64,000 nucleotides of DNA, taken from assembly GCF_006345805.1 (NCBI RefSeq), contig NC_043023.1:15500001-15564000 (forward strand), read 5' to 3'. The stretch comes from Octopus sinensis. Lineage: Eukaryota. Position numbers and translations under genes: made by a program. The notes under the pieces were generated by a model that saw only the letters and a program-made list of their open reading frames with translations, was not told the DNA's origin and did no database searches. Below are positions 39,495-52,723 of the stretch, piece by piece (the first letter of the stretch is position 1; every line of letters begins with the position of its first letter).

Positions 39495-40790
39495 CTATGG
39501 TTTGTCCCCTGTATTAATGCATTTGTGTCTATTTAAGTACCTCTTCTGAGAGAATGATTTACCACAGATATAGCACCGATATTGTTTCTCACCTGTATGA
39601 ACTGATTTGTGAGAATCAAGGTAACTTTTTTGAGAGAATGACATTCCGCAGACATCACATTGATGAGGTTTCTCTCCTGTATGAATATATTTATGAGAAT
39701 CAAGGTTACTTTTTTGAGAGAATGATTTTCCACAAATATCACACTGATATGGTTTCTCACCTGTATGAATGTATTTATGAGAATCAAGGCTACTTTTTTG
39801 AGAGAATGACATTCCACAGACATCACATTGATGAGGTTTCTCTCCTGTATGAATGTATTTGTGAGTGGTAAGGCTACTTTTCTGAGAGAATGATTTACCA
39901 CAAATATCACACTGATTTGGTTTCTCTCCAGTATGAACAGATTTGTGATAAGTAAGACTACTCTTATGAGAGAATGATTTTCCACAAATATCACATCGAT
40001 ATGGTTTCTCTCCTGTATGAATGGATTTGTGAGAAGAAAGGTGACTTTTTCGAGAGAATGATTTTCCACAGATATCACAGTGATAAGGTTTCTCCCCTGT
40101 ATGAATGTATTTGTGAGAAGTCAGGTGAATTTTTCGAGAGAATGATTTTCCACAGATATCACAGTGATAAGGTTTCTCTCCTGCATGAGTGGATATGTGT
40201 CTAGTAAGGTTGCTTTTATCAGAGAATGATTTACCACAAATATCACAGTGATAAGGTTTCTCTCCTGTATGAATGGATTTGTGAGAAGAAAGGTGACTTT
40301 TTCGAGAGAATGATTTTCCACAGATATCACAGTGATAAGGTTTCTCTCCTGTATGACTGGATATGTGTCTAGTAAGGTTATTTTTATCAGAGAATGATTT
40401 ACCACAAATATCACAGTGATAAGGTTTCTCTCCTGTATGAATGTATTTGTGTTTAGTAAGGCCTATCTTCTGAGAGAATGATTTACCACAAATATCACAT
40501 TGATAAGGTTTCTCTCCTGTATGAATGTATTTGTGAGAAGTAAGGTGACTTTTTTGGGAGAATGACTTTCCACAGACATCACAGTGATATGGTTTCTCCC
40601 CTGTATGAATGGATATGTGAGAAGTAAGGCTGTGCTTCTGGGAGAATGATTTACCACAGTGATATGGCTTCCTACCAGCATGAATGAATTTGTGAACAGT
40701 GAGATTTCGCTTATTAGAAAATGTCTTTTTACACATATCACATTGGTGTGATAATTTTTCTCTTTCTTTTGTCATCTCTTGAGGATTCAT
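39495..40790 (-). CDS. C2H2 zinc-finger protein F, ~431 aa, 15 fingers (chimeric)
   Basis: ORF 39495..40814; the paralog-consistent start [12 protein letters not shown] is at 40790. Finger 2 (YHCGKSF) lacks a Cys. Confidence 0.9.
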   Translation of the reverse strand: MNPQEMTKEREKLSHQCDMCKKTFSNKRNLTVHKFIHAGRKPYHCGKSFSQKHSLTSHISIHTGEKPYHCDVCGKSFSQKSHLTSHKYIHTGEKPYQCDICGKSFSQKIGLTKHKYIHTGEKPYHCDICGKSFSDKNNLTRHISSHTGEKPYHCDICGKSFSRKSHLSSHKSIHTGEKPYHCDICGKSFSDKSNLTRHISTHAGEKPYHCDICGKSFSRKIHLTSHKYIHTGEKPYHCDICGKSFSRKSHLSSHKSIHTGEKPYRCDICGKSFSHKSSLTYHKSVHTGEKPNQCDICGKSFSQKSSLTTHKYIHTGEKPHQCDVCGMSFSQKSSLDSHKYIHTGEKPYQCDICGKSFSQKSNLDSHKYIHTGEKPHQCDVCGMSFSQKSYLDSHKSVHTGEKQYRCYICGKSFSQKRYLNRHKCINTGDKP

Positions 40791-42586
40791 TATTGTTCTA
40801 TAGCATACAAACACAAAATATAATTTTGCCTCCTTTTTTATATATTTCTATTGCTTATATTTCCAGCAGTACTGATCTTCATCAATATCTGAAGATGATA
40901 CAAACACCTTTGCAGATATCTCCCGCTCCAAACAGAATGTGAAATACTTTAGCAAATATTCCAGGCAATGATGGAAACAAATGTTGCCATCAATTCAGAA
41001 ATATTTCACAATTTTCCACCATAGACAAATCATATAAACAGAGTTATGTCAAATATTTATAACATCTTCCATTAGATGATCAATATTCATGAAGTATCAC
41101 TAACATTTCACCTCCTGAAATGACACAGAAACAGAAGAAGATATAGGAAAAACTTAAAAAGCAGAGATTCAACTATTAAAAAAAATATAACTACATCTTC
41201 ATAATGATAAACTGTGGATAAAATCCTTCAATTTGTCTTTGTAATTTATTTATGGCAATTTATAATATGGTAACCCTTTTGTTACCATATTTCTTTTGAG
41301 ATTCAGTGTGTTTCTTTCAATTATTTTAAATATAATAAAGAATTTAGTAAACTTAGTTATCATTCAACTAGTGTTAGCAACATAAATTGTAACTAAGGTT
41401 TCGTGGAAGATTTTAATTCAAAACTTATGAAAACAAGACATTTTACCACAGAGCCAGAGCCGGTTTGGGCCGGGTTAGTAAGAAAAGGGTGTGGTCTTTG
41501 AAATTTATTTTGTTATTAAAATTATATGATACAACCTTGTGTAATGTCTACATATACACGGACTTCCGTTCCTCTTCCTTCAGATATTATGTAAAACATT
41601 ATCCCTTTAGTGTTCAGATTATTCTGTTAAATGTAATTCTTTTTCACTCTATTTCAGATCTATTATTAATGAAATTAGGTAATGTTCATGATTGTTACAA
41701 CTTCTGTAACAGATCAAACATAAACTACAATTTAGTGAACCAACCCATCATGACTTTTCCTCTCGTAACTTTATTAATAATAAAAACAAACTACACTCAC
41801 ATATGTTGAAGGTGTGGTCACTAATTTCGAGAAAGTGTTCTGTGAATTGACGTATGAAGAGTAGAGCCAGGACAGAATGGCGATCCTTCGGTATAGGTAC
41901 ACACGTGACTTTGTTTACATTTCTAAAGATAACCCTAACCCCCACATATAAAAAAACACCTTTTTGAAATATATCCGGTACTTCCGGAAGTACATCGGTA
42001 CTTATACCGTAAGATCGCCTTTCTTTTTAAAACAAAGTAAATAAAACACAAAAGCATAGGTACTACTAGCGAAGACTGGACCCGGTACGCGCTAGCTAGT
42101 CGTAAGTAGTCGATCCTACAACGAAAATTTTAGGAAAAAAGTAAATAAGTAAGAAACAACTGCAAAATTTTACCGATGCGTGTGTTAAATTATAAGGCAC
42201 AAAAAGAAAATGACTCTCCCCAGACACAACAGAATATGCTTCAATACACGAATTCATATAAAGAACCTTGCAAACCAAATCCAAAAACGAAATAGAATTA
42301 TCTGTTTCTTTATTACCCACAAGGGGCGAAACACGGACGGGACAAACAAGGACAGACAAACGGATTAAGTCGATCACATTGACCCCAGTGCGTAACTGGT
42401 ACTTAATTTATCGATCCCGGAGGATGAAAGGCAAAGTCGACCTTGGCGGAATTTGAACCCAGAACGTAACGGCGGACGAAATTAATATCGATGTCAGACT
42501 AGCAACATTGAATACTTTCATTATTGTCTGGAGTTTCGAATTTTCCAGGTTCTTCTGCTTTCACTAAAAATAAAATATGTACGATA

Positions 42587-42721
42587 TCTTACCTGTTATG
42601 ATAAATAAATCAGTGCTAAATGTCAATTAACGCAAACCACACCAAAAAAGCCATTCAGCGGGAAACGTAATTGAAAGAAAGCTCAAAAAATAGACATGGA
42701 ATATTGACGAAACGAACTGAA
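42587..42721 (-). promoter_or_regulatory. Putative exon-1 module of gene F
   Basis: Reverse strand: TCAGTTCGTTTCG at 42721 and AG|GTAAGA at 42592. Near-identical inverted copy of the G module. Confidence 0.55.
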
Positions 42722-42974
42722 TGGTTTTCGAATACAGGTAGAAATAACACACACGAGTCTTCCTATTTTCCCTCCATCCCTCTTTGATAAGTCCTGTTGG
42801 TTTCTTTCCGTCCCTGTAATTTAAGGGTTCGGTAACAGGATAGTGGAAAAGTACCAATAGATATGAAAATAAGCAGTCAGTTTTGTATGTTTTGTCATCA
42901 TTTGGATTTTTCCTCATAACTCACATTTTTGAAAAGTAATTATACCAATAAAAACCATTGAGAATTTACCAACT

Positions 42975-43160
42975 TAGTTTTAGCATCCGATAAATTTATA
43001 GTATTACGATATGTACGACATCCGGATATCAGTTCGTTTCGTCTATATTCCATGTCTATTTTTTGAGCTTTCTTTCAATTACGTTTCCCGCTGAATGGCT
43101 TTTTTGGTGTGGTTTGCGTTAATTGACTTTTAGCACTGAGTTATTTATAACAGGTAAGAT
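42975..43160 (+). promoter_or_regulatory. Putative exon-1 module of gene G
   Basis: TAGCATCCGATAAA, TCAGTTCGTTTCG at 43029, AG|GTAAGA at 43154. Confidence 0.55.
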
Positions 43161-44232
43161 ATCGTACATATTTTATTTTTAGTGAAAGCAGAAGAACCTG
43201 GAAAATTCGAAAGTCCAGACAATAATGAAAGTATTCAATGTTCCTAGTCTGACATCGATATTAATTTCGTCCGCCGTTACGTTCTGGGTTCAAATTCCGC
43301 CGAGGTCGACTTTGCCTTTCATCCTTTCGGGGTCGATAAATTAAGTACCAGTTACGCACTGGGTCAATGTGATCGACTTAATCCGTTTGTCTGTTCTTGT
43401 TTGTTTCGTCCGTGTTTCGCCCCTTGTGGGTAATAAAGAAATAGATATTAATTCTATTTGGTTTGCAAGGTTCTTTATATGAATTCGTGTATTGAAGCAT
43501 ATTCTGTTGTGTCTGGGAAGAGTCATTTTCTTTTTGTGCCTTATAATTTAACTCACTCATCGGTAAAATTTTGCAGTTATTTCTTACTTATTTCCTTTTT
43601 TCCTAAAATTTTCGTTGCGTCTTGCAACCTTTTCAATAGTTTTGACTCTGTCCGTTATTTACACTGCTTTTCCTTTTGTTTGTTTGGGTGCATTGAAACT
43701 AAACTAGAGAAAGTATTAGATTTATGACTCAGGTCATAATAGACGAAAGTAATGTCTTGTGTCATGAGTATCATTTTAAAGTGTAATTTATTCGGGCAAC
43801 AGTTTATCATTATGAAAATGTAGTTATAATTTTTATTGTTAAACCTTTGCTTTTTCAGTCTTTCCTATATCTTCTACTGTTTCTGTGTCATTTCAGATAC
43901 TCGTATAAAGGAGTTTTACGTGAGATACATCATGAATATTGATCATGTTTTGAAAACGAATGTCAGCCGTTATAAATAATAGATAATAACTCTGTTTATA
44001 TAATATATCTATGGTGAATAACGGTGAAATATTTCTTCTGAATTAATAGCAACATTTGTTTTCCTCATTGCCAGGAATATTTACAAAAGTATTTTGCATT
44101 GTGTTTGAATGTGAGAAAATCTGGAAAGGTGTTTGTATCATTTTCAGATATTTAAGATCAGATTTGCTGTAGAAGATATATATAAAGAAGAAGGGGGAAA
44201 TATATTTTCTGTCTGTATACTACAGAACAATA

Positions 44233-45779
44233 ATGAATGGGCTGGAAATGTTAAAAGAAAGAGAAAAGTTATCAGACCAATGTGATATCTGTAAAAAGAC
44301 TTTTTCTAATAAGGGAAATCTCACTGTTCACAAATGTATTGATCCAGGTGGAAAGAAATATTACTGTGATATCTGTGGTAAATCATTCTCTCATAGAAGT
44401 TCCCTTGATTCTCACAAACACATTCATACAGGTGAGAAACCGTATCAGTGTGATATCTGTGATAAATCCTTTTCATTAAAAAGTTATTTAACTACTCACA
44501 AATCCATTCATACAGGAGAGAAACCATATCGATGTGATATTTGTGGTAAATCATTCACTCAGAAATGTAGCCTCGCTCATCACAAATACACTCATACTGG
44601 AGAGAAACCATATCAATGTGATATTTGTGGTAAATCATTCTCTCAAAGGAGAGGCCTTTATTCTCACAAATACACTCATACAGGAGAGAAACCATATAAA
44701 TGTGATATTTGTGGTAAATCATTCTCTCAAAAAGGTCACCTTACTTATCACAAATCAGTTCATACAGGTGAGAAACCATATCAGTGTGATATCTGTGATA
44801 AATCTTTTTCATCAAAAACTCATTTTACTACTCACAAACTTACACATACACGTGAGAAGCCACATCACTGCGATATTTGTGGTAAATTATTCTCTCAAAA
44901 ATGTAACCTTACTACTCACAAATAAGTTCATACAGATGAGAAACCATATCAGTGTGATATCTGTGATAAATCTTTATCATCAAAAAGTCATTTAACTACT
45001 CACGAACTCATTCATGCTCATGAGAGGCCATATCCCTGTGATATTTGTGGTAAATCATTCACTCAAAGGAGAGCCCTTACTTATCACAAATACACTCATA
45101 CAGGAGAGAAACCATATAAATGTGATATTTGTGGTAAATCATTCTCTCAAAAAGGTCACCTTACTTATCACAAATCAGTTCATACGGGTGAGAAACCATA
45201 TCAGTGTGATATCTGTGATAAATCCTTTTCATTAAAAAGTTATTTAACTACTCACAAACTCATTCATACTAATGTGAGGCCATATCCCTGTGATATTTGC
45301 GGTAAATCATTCACTCAGAAATGCAGCCTCACTTCTCATATACCTATTCATACTGGAGAGAAATCATATCACTGCAATATATGTGGAAAATCATTCTCTC
45401 ATAGGAGTGGCCTTACTTATAACAAATCAGTTCATAAAGGAGAGAAACCATATCACTGTGATATCTGTGGTGTAGCATTCTCTGAAAAAAGTAGCCTTGC
45501 TTATCACAAATACACACATACAGGAGACAATCCATATCCCTGTGATATATCTGTGTAAATCATTTTCTTCTAGAAGCAGTTTAACCTCTCATAGATACAT
45601 TCACACAGCAGAGAGACCATATTCTTGCGATATCTGTGATAAGTCATTCTGTTTAAAAAAATATTTAACTGATCACAAACACGTTCATACACACGAGAAT
45701 CCATATCTGTGGTAAATCATTCTCTCAAAAAAGGTACTTTAGTGGACACAAATGCATTAATACAGGGGACACACCATAG
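44233..45779 (+). pseudogene. C2H2 zinc-finger gene G (~18 fingers), nonsense plus frameshifts
   Basis: ORF 44233..44925 ends at TCA>TAA. The same frame continues to 45558, followed by frameshifts near 45548 and 45705. The D-like terminal finger [10 protein letters not shown] ends at 45779. Confidence 0.85.
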
Positions 45780-46225
45780 CACTGTAGTATCTGCAGTAAA
45801 TCATTCCGTTTAAGAAAATATTTAATTAATTACAAGTCTGCTCACACTGGAGAGAAACTATGTGACTGTGATGTCTGCAGCAAATCATTCTCTCAGGAAT
45901 ATGCTGTATATACTTATAAACGTATTCATACAGAAGAGAAACTCTATTGCTGTGATATCTGAGGTAAATCATTCTCTGTGGAACAATATTGAACTCATCA
46001 CAAATACATTCATACAGGAGAGAAATCATATCACTGTGACATCTGGGACAAGTCATTCTTTCATAGAGAGAAATAATAAACTAAACACAAACATATTCAT
46101 ACAGGAGAAGATTCTGATGACTGTAATCTGTGCTAAATCATTCTCTCAATAATCTACCTTAACTAAACATATACTTATTCATATTGATCAATAACAATAT
46201 CATTGATAAAACCGATGTCCTGCTG

Positions 46226-46231
46226 AATAAA
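46226..46231 (+). terminator. Candidate poly(A) signal of gene G, conserved in paralog tails
   Basis: GAATAAAATAC..CAA.TGTATTACTTTTT recurs in the tails of A (329-334, minus), B (~5330), D (~21790), F (~39045) and H (~51840). E has AATGAA. Confidence 0.45.
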
Positions 46232-47329
46232 ATACTGCAAATGTATTACTTTTTACAAAATAAATTCATTTTTCACATTTTCCTCATTTGCATCAACTCA
46301 CTAATTACGATTTGTGTTTTTTATTCAAACAATATTGATTATATTAATTTGCTCTGTTTTCTTGTGGATATATTATTTTGACACAAATGTATTACACTCC
46401 AGTTCCCAGCCATGATCAGTTATCCTCTGCTGGACACACTCAGGGATCCCAGGATCTGCACCCTTTGTGCTACTGCCCACATATTCTGGCACTAGCTGGA
46501 GGCTTATTGCTGTTTGTCACAGTTTTGGGTGCAGAGTGGGAAGTATTTTTCAAGAGCCTAATGCCCCACTCTACCTATGGTTCAAGCACATCCCTGCTCA
46601 ACCCATGCAAGTGATTATCATCATACTTATTTTTTGCTAAATCATTCTGTAGAGCAGGTTTTCATGGTCTTGTTCTTACCAGACACCAAGCAGGGATTTA
46701 TGATGGGCATCTGGTTAGAATGGCACCTGTTGTGTTGAGAGTAGACTGGTCCGAGTAAAGTATAAATAGTAACGATCTGAGTGAGTTTGCGGTTCAGAGT
46801 CAAGTGAAGTCGGAAGGTGTCGCTTGGTTTACTTCCTAAGGAATATTGAATGTTGGTTCGTAAAAGATTTGTTAGTTCATTAGATTGTTGTTACAATTTT
46901 CTGGTTATCTTATTTATTGTACGGAACAATTATGTTACAACATCTGGCGATGAGGGTTTCGAAGCTCTTGCAGGTCAGTTAACAAATTTTTGTGATACAA
47001 AATTGTTAAATCATGGAAGACTAATTAGCTTCTATAAAACTGTTGCAAAATCAACGACAAAGGCAGCAACAACAACAATTATTGGAGCTTTATTCAAAGA
47101 AGTCCAAAAATGAGGGAAGTACATTTTTGCCAGACGCTGTTTTGGACTCTATGAATCCAGTTATAACCCAGAGGACGGTATAACTTGCATTGTACTACAG
47201 CAGGTAATTTTTAAGGAAGATTGTAAGACATGGTCAGACACAGAAAAAGTAAGGTTATTATGACATAAATGAGCCCCATCTGAGTATGAACATTATTTTA
47301 ATTTCATATTACCCAAACAAACTCAATGA

Positions 47330-47735
47330 AATTTTTTTAAAGAAACAATAGAATTACTGTCTAACATATTCGGTGATAAAACTTCTCTAACACTTGGATG
47401 GTGTTTTGGAATATAATGAAAAAAGAGGATGGTGATTTTATCACATACGCAGGAACAATTAACAGAATGTGTGAATATTTTTAAACTCAAAGAATTTACA
47501 CCTGAGATGTTCAGGTGTCTTCTTTTGGTAAAAGGCCTTACAACAACTGAATATACAGAAATTCACACTGCAGAACTAAATTCTGAAGATCAACCATTAA
47601 AGATCCTAGAGGGCTCTCAACAGAAACAAAATTCGTACACGTAAAAATGATTGGAATACATATTAAACTTCAGTTCGATACTGGAAGTGATATTTCAATA
47701 ATAAATATGGATACATGGAAGAAGATAGGGCAACC
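47330..47735 (+). mobile_element. Gypsy-type LTR retroelement gag/protease remnant (inverted copy ~37520-37950)
   Basis: DFITYAGTINRMCE...FRCLLLVKGL followed by IKLQFDTGSDISIIN..TWKKIGQP (aspartic protease DTG motif). Confidence 0.7.
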
Positions 47736-49329
47736 TGTCTATTTTACATGTTTCAGTCATTTGACAGTGGCCATGCTGGAGCAGTGCCTTTAGTCGAGCA
47801 AATAAACCCCAGGACTTATTCTTTGTAAGCCTAGTACTTATTCTATTTTCTTTTTGCCAAACTGCTATGTGACAGGGGTGTAAACACACTAGCATCGGTT
47901 GTCAAGCAATGTTGGGGGGACAAACACAGACACACAAGCATACATATATATGATAGGCTTCTTTCAGTTTCCGTCTACCAAATCCACTCACAAGGCTTTG
48001 GTCGACCCGAAGCTATAGTAGAAGACATTGAACCAATGTGCCACGTTGTGGGACTGAACCCAGAACCTTATGGTTCATAAGCAAGCTACTTTCCACACAG
48101 CCATGTTGAGAAAAACAGCAAAATTTCTTTGTAGCATGACGGGTGACAAATTAAATTTCATAGGCGAAATGTGGGGATATGTCACATTTCCAGTGAAAGC
48201 ATGCAAGGAGAATGTCTTCATCATTAAAAATGTTGATTATCTGTTTGGTACCTTTTTTTTTTTCTTGCTTCAGCTCAGAGCTGTGGCCCTGCTGATGCAC
48301 CGCCGTTTTGTACTACACTTTATTACGAAGAACTTCCTCTAATGTGTGGCACTTGGTGAAGAATGGAGTTTGATATAGCTACTCTCATTTGCACCTCTGG
48401 CCGTGAGGTAGGTTCATCTGGGTTGGATGGTTCAACTGGGGTCTGGGAAGCCAGAAGGCTGCATCAGGCCCAGTCTGATCTGGCAGTGTTTCTACGGCTG
48501 GATGCCCTTCCTGACGCCAACCACTCCATGAGTGTAGTGTGTGATTTTTATGTGCCACCGGCACAGGTGCCAGATGAGGCTGGCAAATGGCCATGATCGG
48601 ATGGTGCCTTTTACATGCCACCTGCACAGGTGCCAGACGAGGCTGGCAAACATCCACGATCGACTGGTGCTTTTTACGTGCCACCGGCACAAAGGACCAG
48701 AGGAGGCTGGCAAACGGCCATCTAAACATTTAATACCTTGCGTTTTGTAAATCAAATAATATCAACAAATTATAAAACAAACAAATAGCAAGAAGAATTT
48801 TTGCAGAACAGAGGTTATTTTAATGAAATATATCTTGTAATCACCTGAAAAGATACATCTACACTGTTGGCTACTCATAAAGCAACTCTTCAATATTCCA
48901 CTCATAAAGATATGTTGAAACAATTGTAGTGATCAATAAATATTCTTGTATCTTCCATTAATTATATCATCATCATCATCTATTTCTTTGCTGCCCACAA
49001 GGGGCTAAACGTAGAGGGGACAGACAAAGGGATTAAGTCGATTACATCGACCACAGTGCAAAACTGGTACTTTATTTATCGACCCCAAAAGGATGACAGG
49101 CAAAGTCGACCTTGGTGGAATTTGAACTCAGAACGTAACGACAGACGAAATACCGCAAAGCATTTCGCCCGGCCTGCTAACGTTTCTGCCTCATCATCAT
49201 CGTTTAATGTCTGCTTTCCTCGATGGCATGGGTTGGACGGTTTGACCGGGTCTCTTGGAAGCCAGATGGCTGCACCAGGCTCCAGTCTGATCTGGCAGTG
49301 TTTCTACAGCTGGATGCCTTTTTTCTCCA

Positions 49330-50637
49330 TGCCAAGCAGGGCCATCTCCCTGACAGGATCTGTCTTTGGTCTTTGCTAAATTTACTGTATGGTTTTTCAA
49401 TCCAGATCTTGCTTCCATACCTGAAATTTGTTCTCTAATTGTGGTAGGGATTCAGCAATAAGAACAAGGTCATCAGCTTGGAAGAGATCCCAAGGGCAGC
49501 CAATCTTAAATTCCTTCCTAATGCCAACCACTCCGTGAGTGTAGTGGGTGCATTTTACATGCCAACAGCACAGGTGCCAGGCAAGGCTGGCAACGGCTAT
49601 GATCGGTTGGTGCTTTTCACCGGCATAGAAGCCAGTCAAGGTGTTGCTGGCATCAGTCATGTTTGGATGGTGCTTTTTACTTGCCACCGGCACAGGTATC
49701 ATCATCATCATCATCATCATTTAGCGTCCGTTTTCCATGCTAGCATGGGTTGGACTATCACAACTATAATTTCCATTTGATTTTTGATGTTGATGTACTT
49801 GACTCAATAGGTCTCCTCATATATAAATGTAAGTTACATGGATCAAGGTGTAGAATTGTATCAACTAGAAGCACCAGCAATGCTATCTTCCTGGTGAGGC
49901 AAAAGCAGAAGTACTTGGTCAAAGATATATCTTTGCATTTGGATTTTGTTGACATGGAGAAAGCTTTTGACAGAGTCCCCATCTCTATTATTTGGGGAGC
50001 AATAGAGAAGCTAAGTTAAGTTAATTTTTTGGCTCAAAAAGCAAAAAGCAAGGCCATGTAGGGGGACATGGAGTTATGTACAGGGAGGGTGGTCATACAA
50101 AGAGTTCAGGCCGTTTCTGGTCAAGAGAGACTTTGAACCGAGCGGTCGTCGGCATCTTCACTATCTCATCCGGCAGCTTATTCCATGGATCCGCAACCCG
50201 GACTGAGAAAGCCCCTCTCCTTCGATTGAGATGAAATTGTCGTAGATAGAGTTTTTCAGAGTGACCCCGCAGCCGACGCTCTGGAGCAGGAGTGAAGAAC
50301 AGCTCTTTCGAGAGGTTACACTTTCCGCTTATGATGTTGTGAGCGAGAATGAGATCACCACAGCATCATCGTTTAGGGAGAGATGAGTGGTTGGTGAGAC
50401 ATGTAAAAGCCATGTATAGGGATGCTGTCAGTAAGGTAAACGTCACCAATGAGTATAGCATGAATTTTAGTGTCAAAATAGGAGTCCACCAAGGATCGTT
50501 TTTCACCCCACTCTTGTTTATCATAGTCCTGCAAGCAATAACAGAGGAATTTAAGATTGGCTGCCCTTGGGATCTCTTCCAAGCTGATGACCTTGTTATT
50601 ATTGCTGAATCACTACCAGAATTAGAGAACAAATTTC
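49330..50637 (+). mobile_element. Inverted duplicate of the composite RTE/CR1 block
   Basis: ORFs 49750..50019 and 50349..50654 mirror 33808..34128 and 33210..33524. The CR1 piece reads RGHSEKL...FSVRV..WNKLP. Confidence 0.8.
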
Positions 50638-51425
50638 GGATCTTTTGCTTTTGAACGGCACTTTGTAACATAATTTCTAGTTAACTAAACACTTTAAAAC
50701 TTTGTATACTGGTAGAATGTGTTTATAAAACATCATTTTTTCTTGGCTTTATTGAGAAAATCCTTATGTTTGTAAGATATTTCATCTGAAAATTCGAGTA
50801 TTTTGGCAATTTTAACCAATCGCTGGAGTCCATTTAGGTAAACATTCCGTGCTGTATGAATATGTCCCTCGTTTAAGAAACAGATTGGGTTTATTTACAT
50901 TTGTGAAGAAAAAAAGATACCCTTCCCACACTCCTAAGACTAACTCTCACCCTAAATCTAAAATAGATTGAAATGCAATAGATCGATACTAGGGCCATAA
51001 TTATGGGTGACATTTTCATTTGACACCGCTAGAAAAAAATCCCACTTTCTGTAGCGGTGTCGTATGAAATTGTCATCCATAGTTATGGCCCTAGTATCGA
51101 TCTATTGAATTTCAATCTATTTTAGATTTAGGGTTAGGGGTGGGGGAATGGTATCTTTTTTTTCTTCACAAATGTAAAGAAACCCAATCTGTTTCTTAAA
51201 GGAGGGACATATTCATTATGCACAGAATGTTATTTACCTAAATGGAGAGCAGTGATTGGTTAAAATTGCCGAAATGCTCGAAATATCTTACAACCTACAG
51301 AATTTTCTCAATAAAGCCAAGAAAAAATGATGTTTTATAAACACATTCTAATAGTATACGAAGTTTAAAAGTGCTTAGTTAACTAGAAATTGTGTTGAAA
51401 AGCACCGTTCAAAAGGAAAAGATCC
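50638..51425. mobile_element. MITE with GGATCTTTT(C/G)CTTTTGAACGG TIRs and 8-bp TSD CAAATTTC
   Basis: TSD at 50630-50637 and 51426-51433. The empty site GAGAACAAATTTCAGGTATGG is present in the sister copies near 33240 and 34340. Confidence 0.9.
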
Positions 51426-52418
51426 CAAATTTCAGGTATGGAAGCAAGATCTGGATTGAAAAACCATACAGTAAATTTAGCAAAGACCAAAGACAGATCC
51501 TGTTAGGGAGATGGCCCAGCTCGGCATGTAGAAAAGATGTCAGGAGAAACTCCATGTAGTGTACCCAGTACAAGATATGGACACATATTGTTCATTAGAT
51601 TATAGGCTGCAGATCGTGGGATAGCCTAAGCATGTCCAGCAGAGAAGAACTGATCATCGTTGGGAACTGGAATGTGATACAATGGTGTCGGAATAATATA
51701 TCCACAAGAAAACAGCAAATTAATGTAATTAAAATTGTTTGAATGAAAACCACACACATTATAATTAATGAGTTGATGCAAATGAGGAAAATGTAAAAAA
51801 TTTATTTGTCTGAAAAAAAGTAATACAATTGCTGTATTTTATTCCCCATTTTATCACTGGTATTGTTATTGATCAATATCAATAAATACAGGTTTAGTTA
51901 AATTACGTTAAGAGAATTATTTTGCACAGATAACACAGCAAGATGTCTTCTCTCCTGTATGAATGCATTTAAAATTAGTTAAACAACATAATCCTAAGAG
52001 AATGATTTACTACAGATATCAAAACCAAAAATCAAAATCATAATCGATCAACATCAATGGAATTTGAACTTGTGATACCAGTGCCGGTGGCACAAAAGTG
52101 AACCATCCGAATGTGGCCGTTTGCCAGCCCCGTCTGGCACCTTTGCCGGTGGCACGTAAAAAGCACCCACTACACTCACGGAGTGGTTGGCGTTAGGAAG
52201 GGCATCCAGCTGTAGAAACACTGCCAGATCAGACTGGAGCCTGGTGCAGCCTTCTGGCTTCCCACACCCCAGTTGAACCGTCCAACCCATGCTAGCATGG
52301 AAAGTGGATGCTAAACGATGATGATGATCACAGCGATATAATATCTGCCCAATCTAACTGGATTTTTGATAAAAAATTTTCTTACGCAGAATGACTTACT
52401 GCAGATATTACAGTGCTA

Positions 52419-52571
<153 letters not shown>

Positions 52572-52723
52572 TTATGAGTGGACTTATGATTAATCAAATA
52601 ATATCTTACACAGAATGATTTACTGCAGATATCACAGTGCTATGATTTCTCTCCTGTATGAATGTATTTGTGTCTATTAAAGTTACTTTTATGAGAGAAT
52701 GATTTACCACAGATATCACAGTG

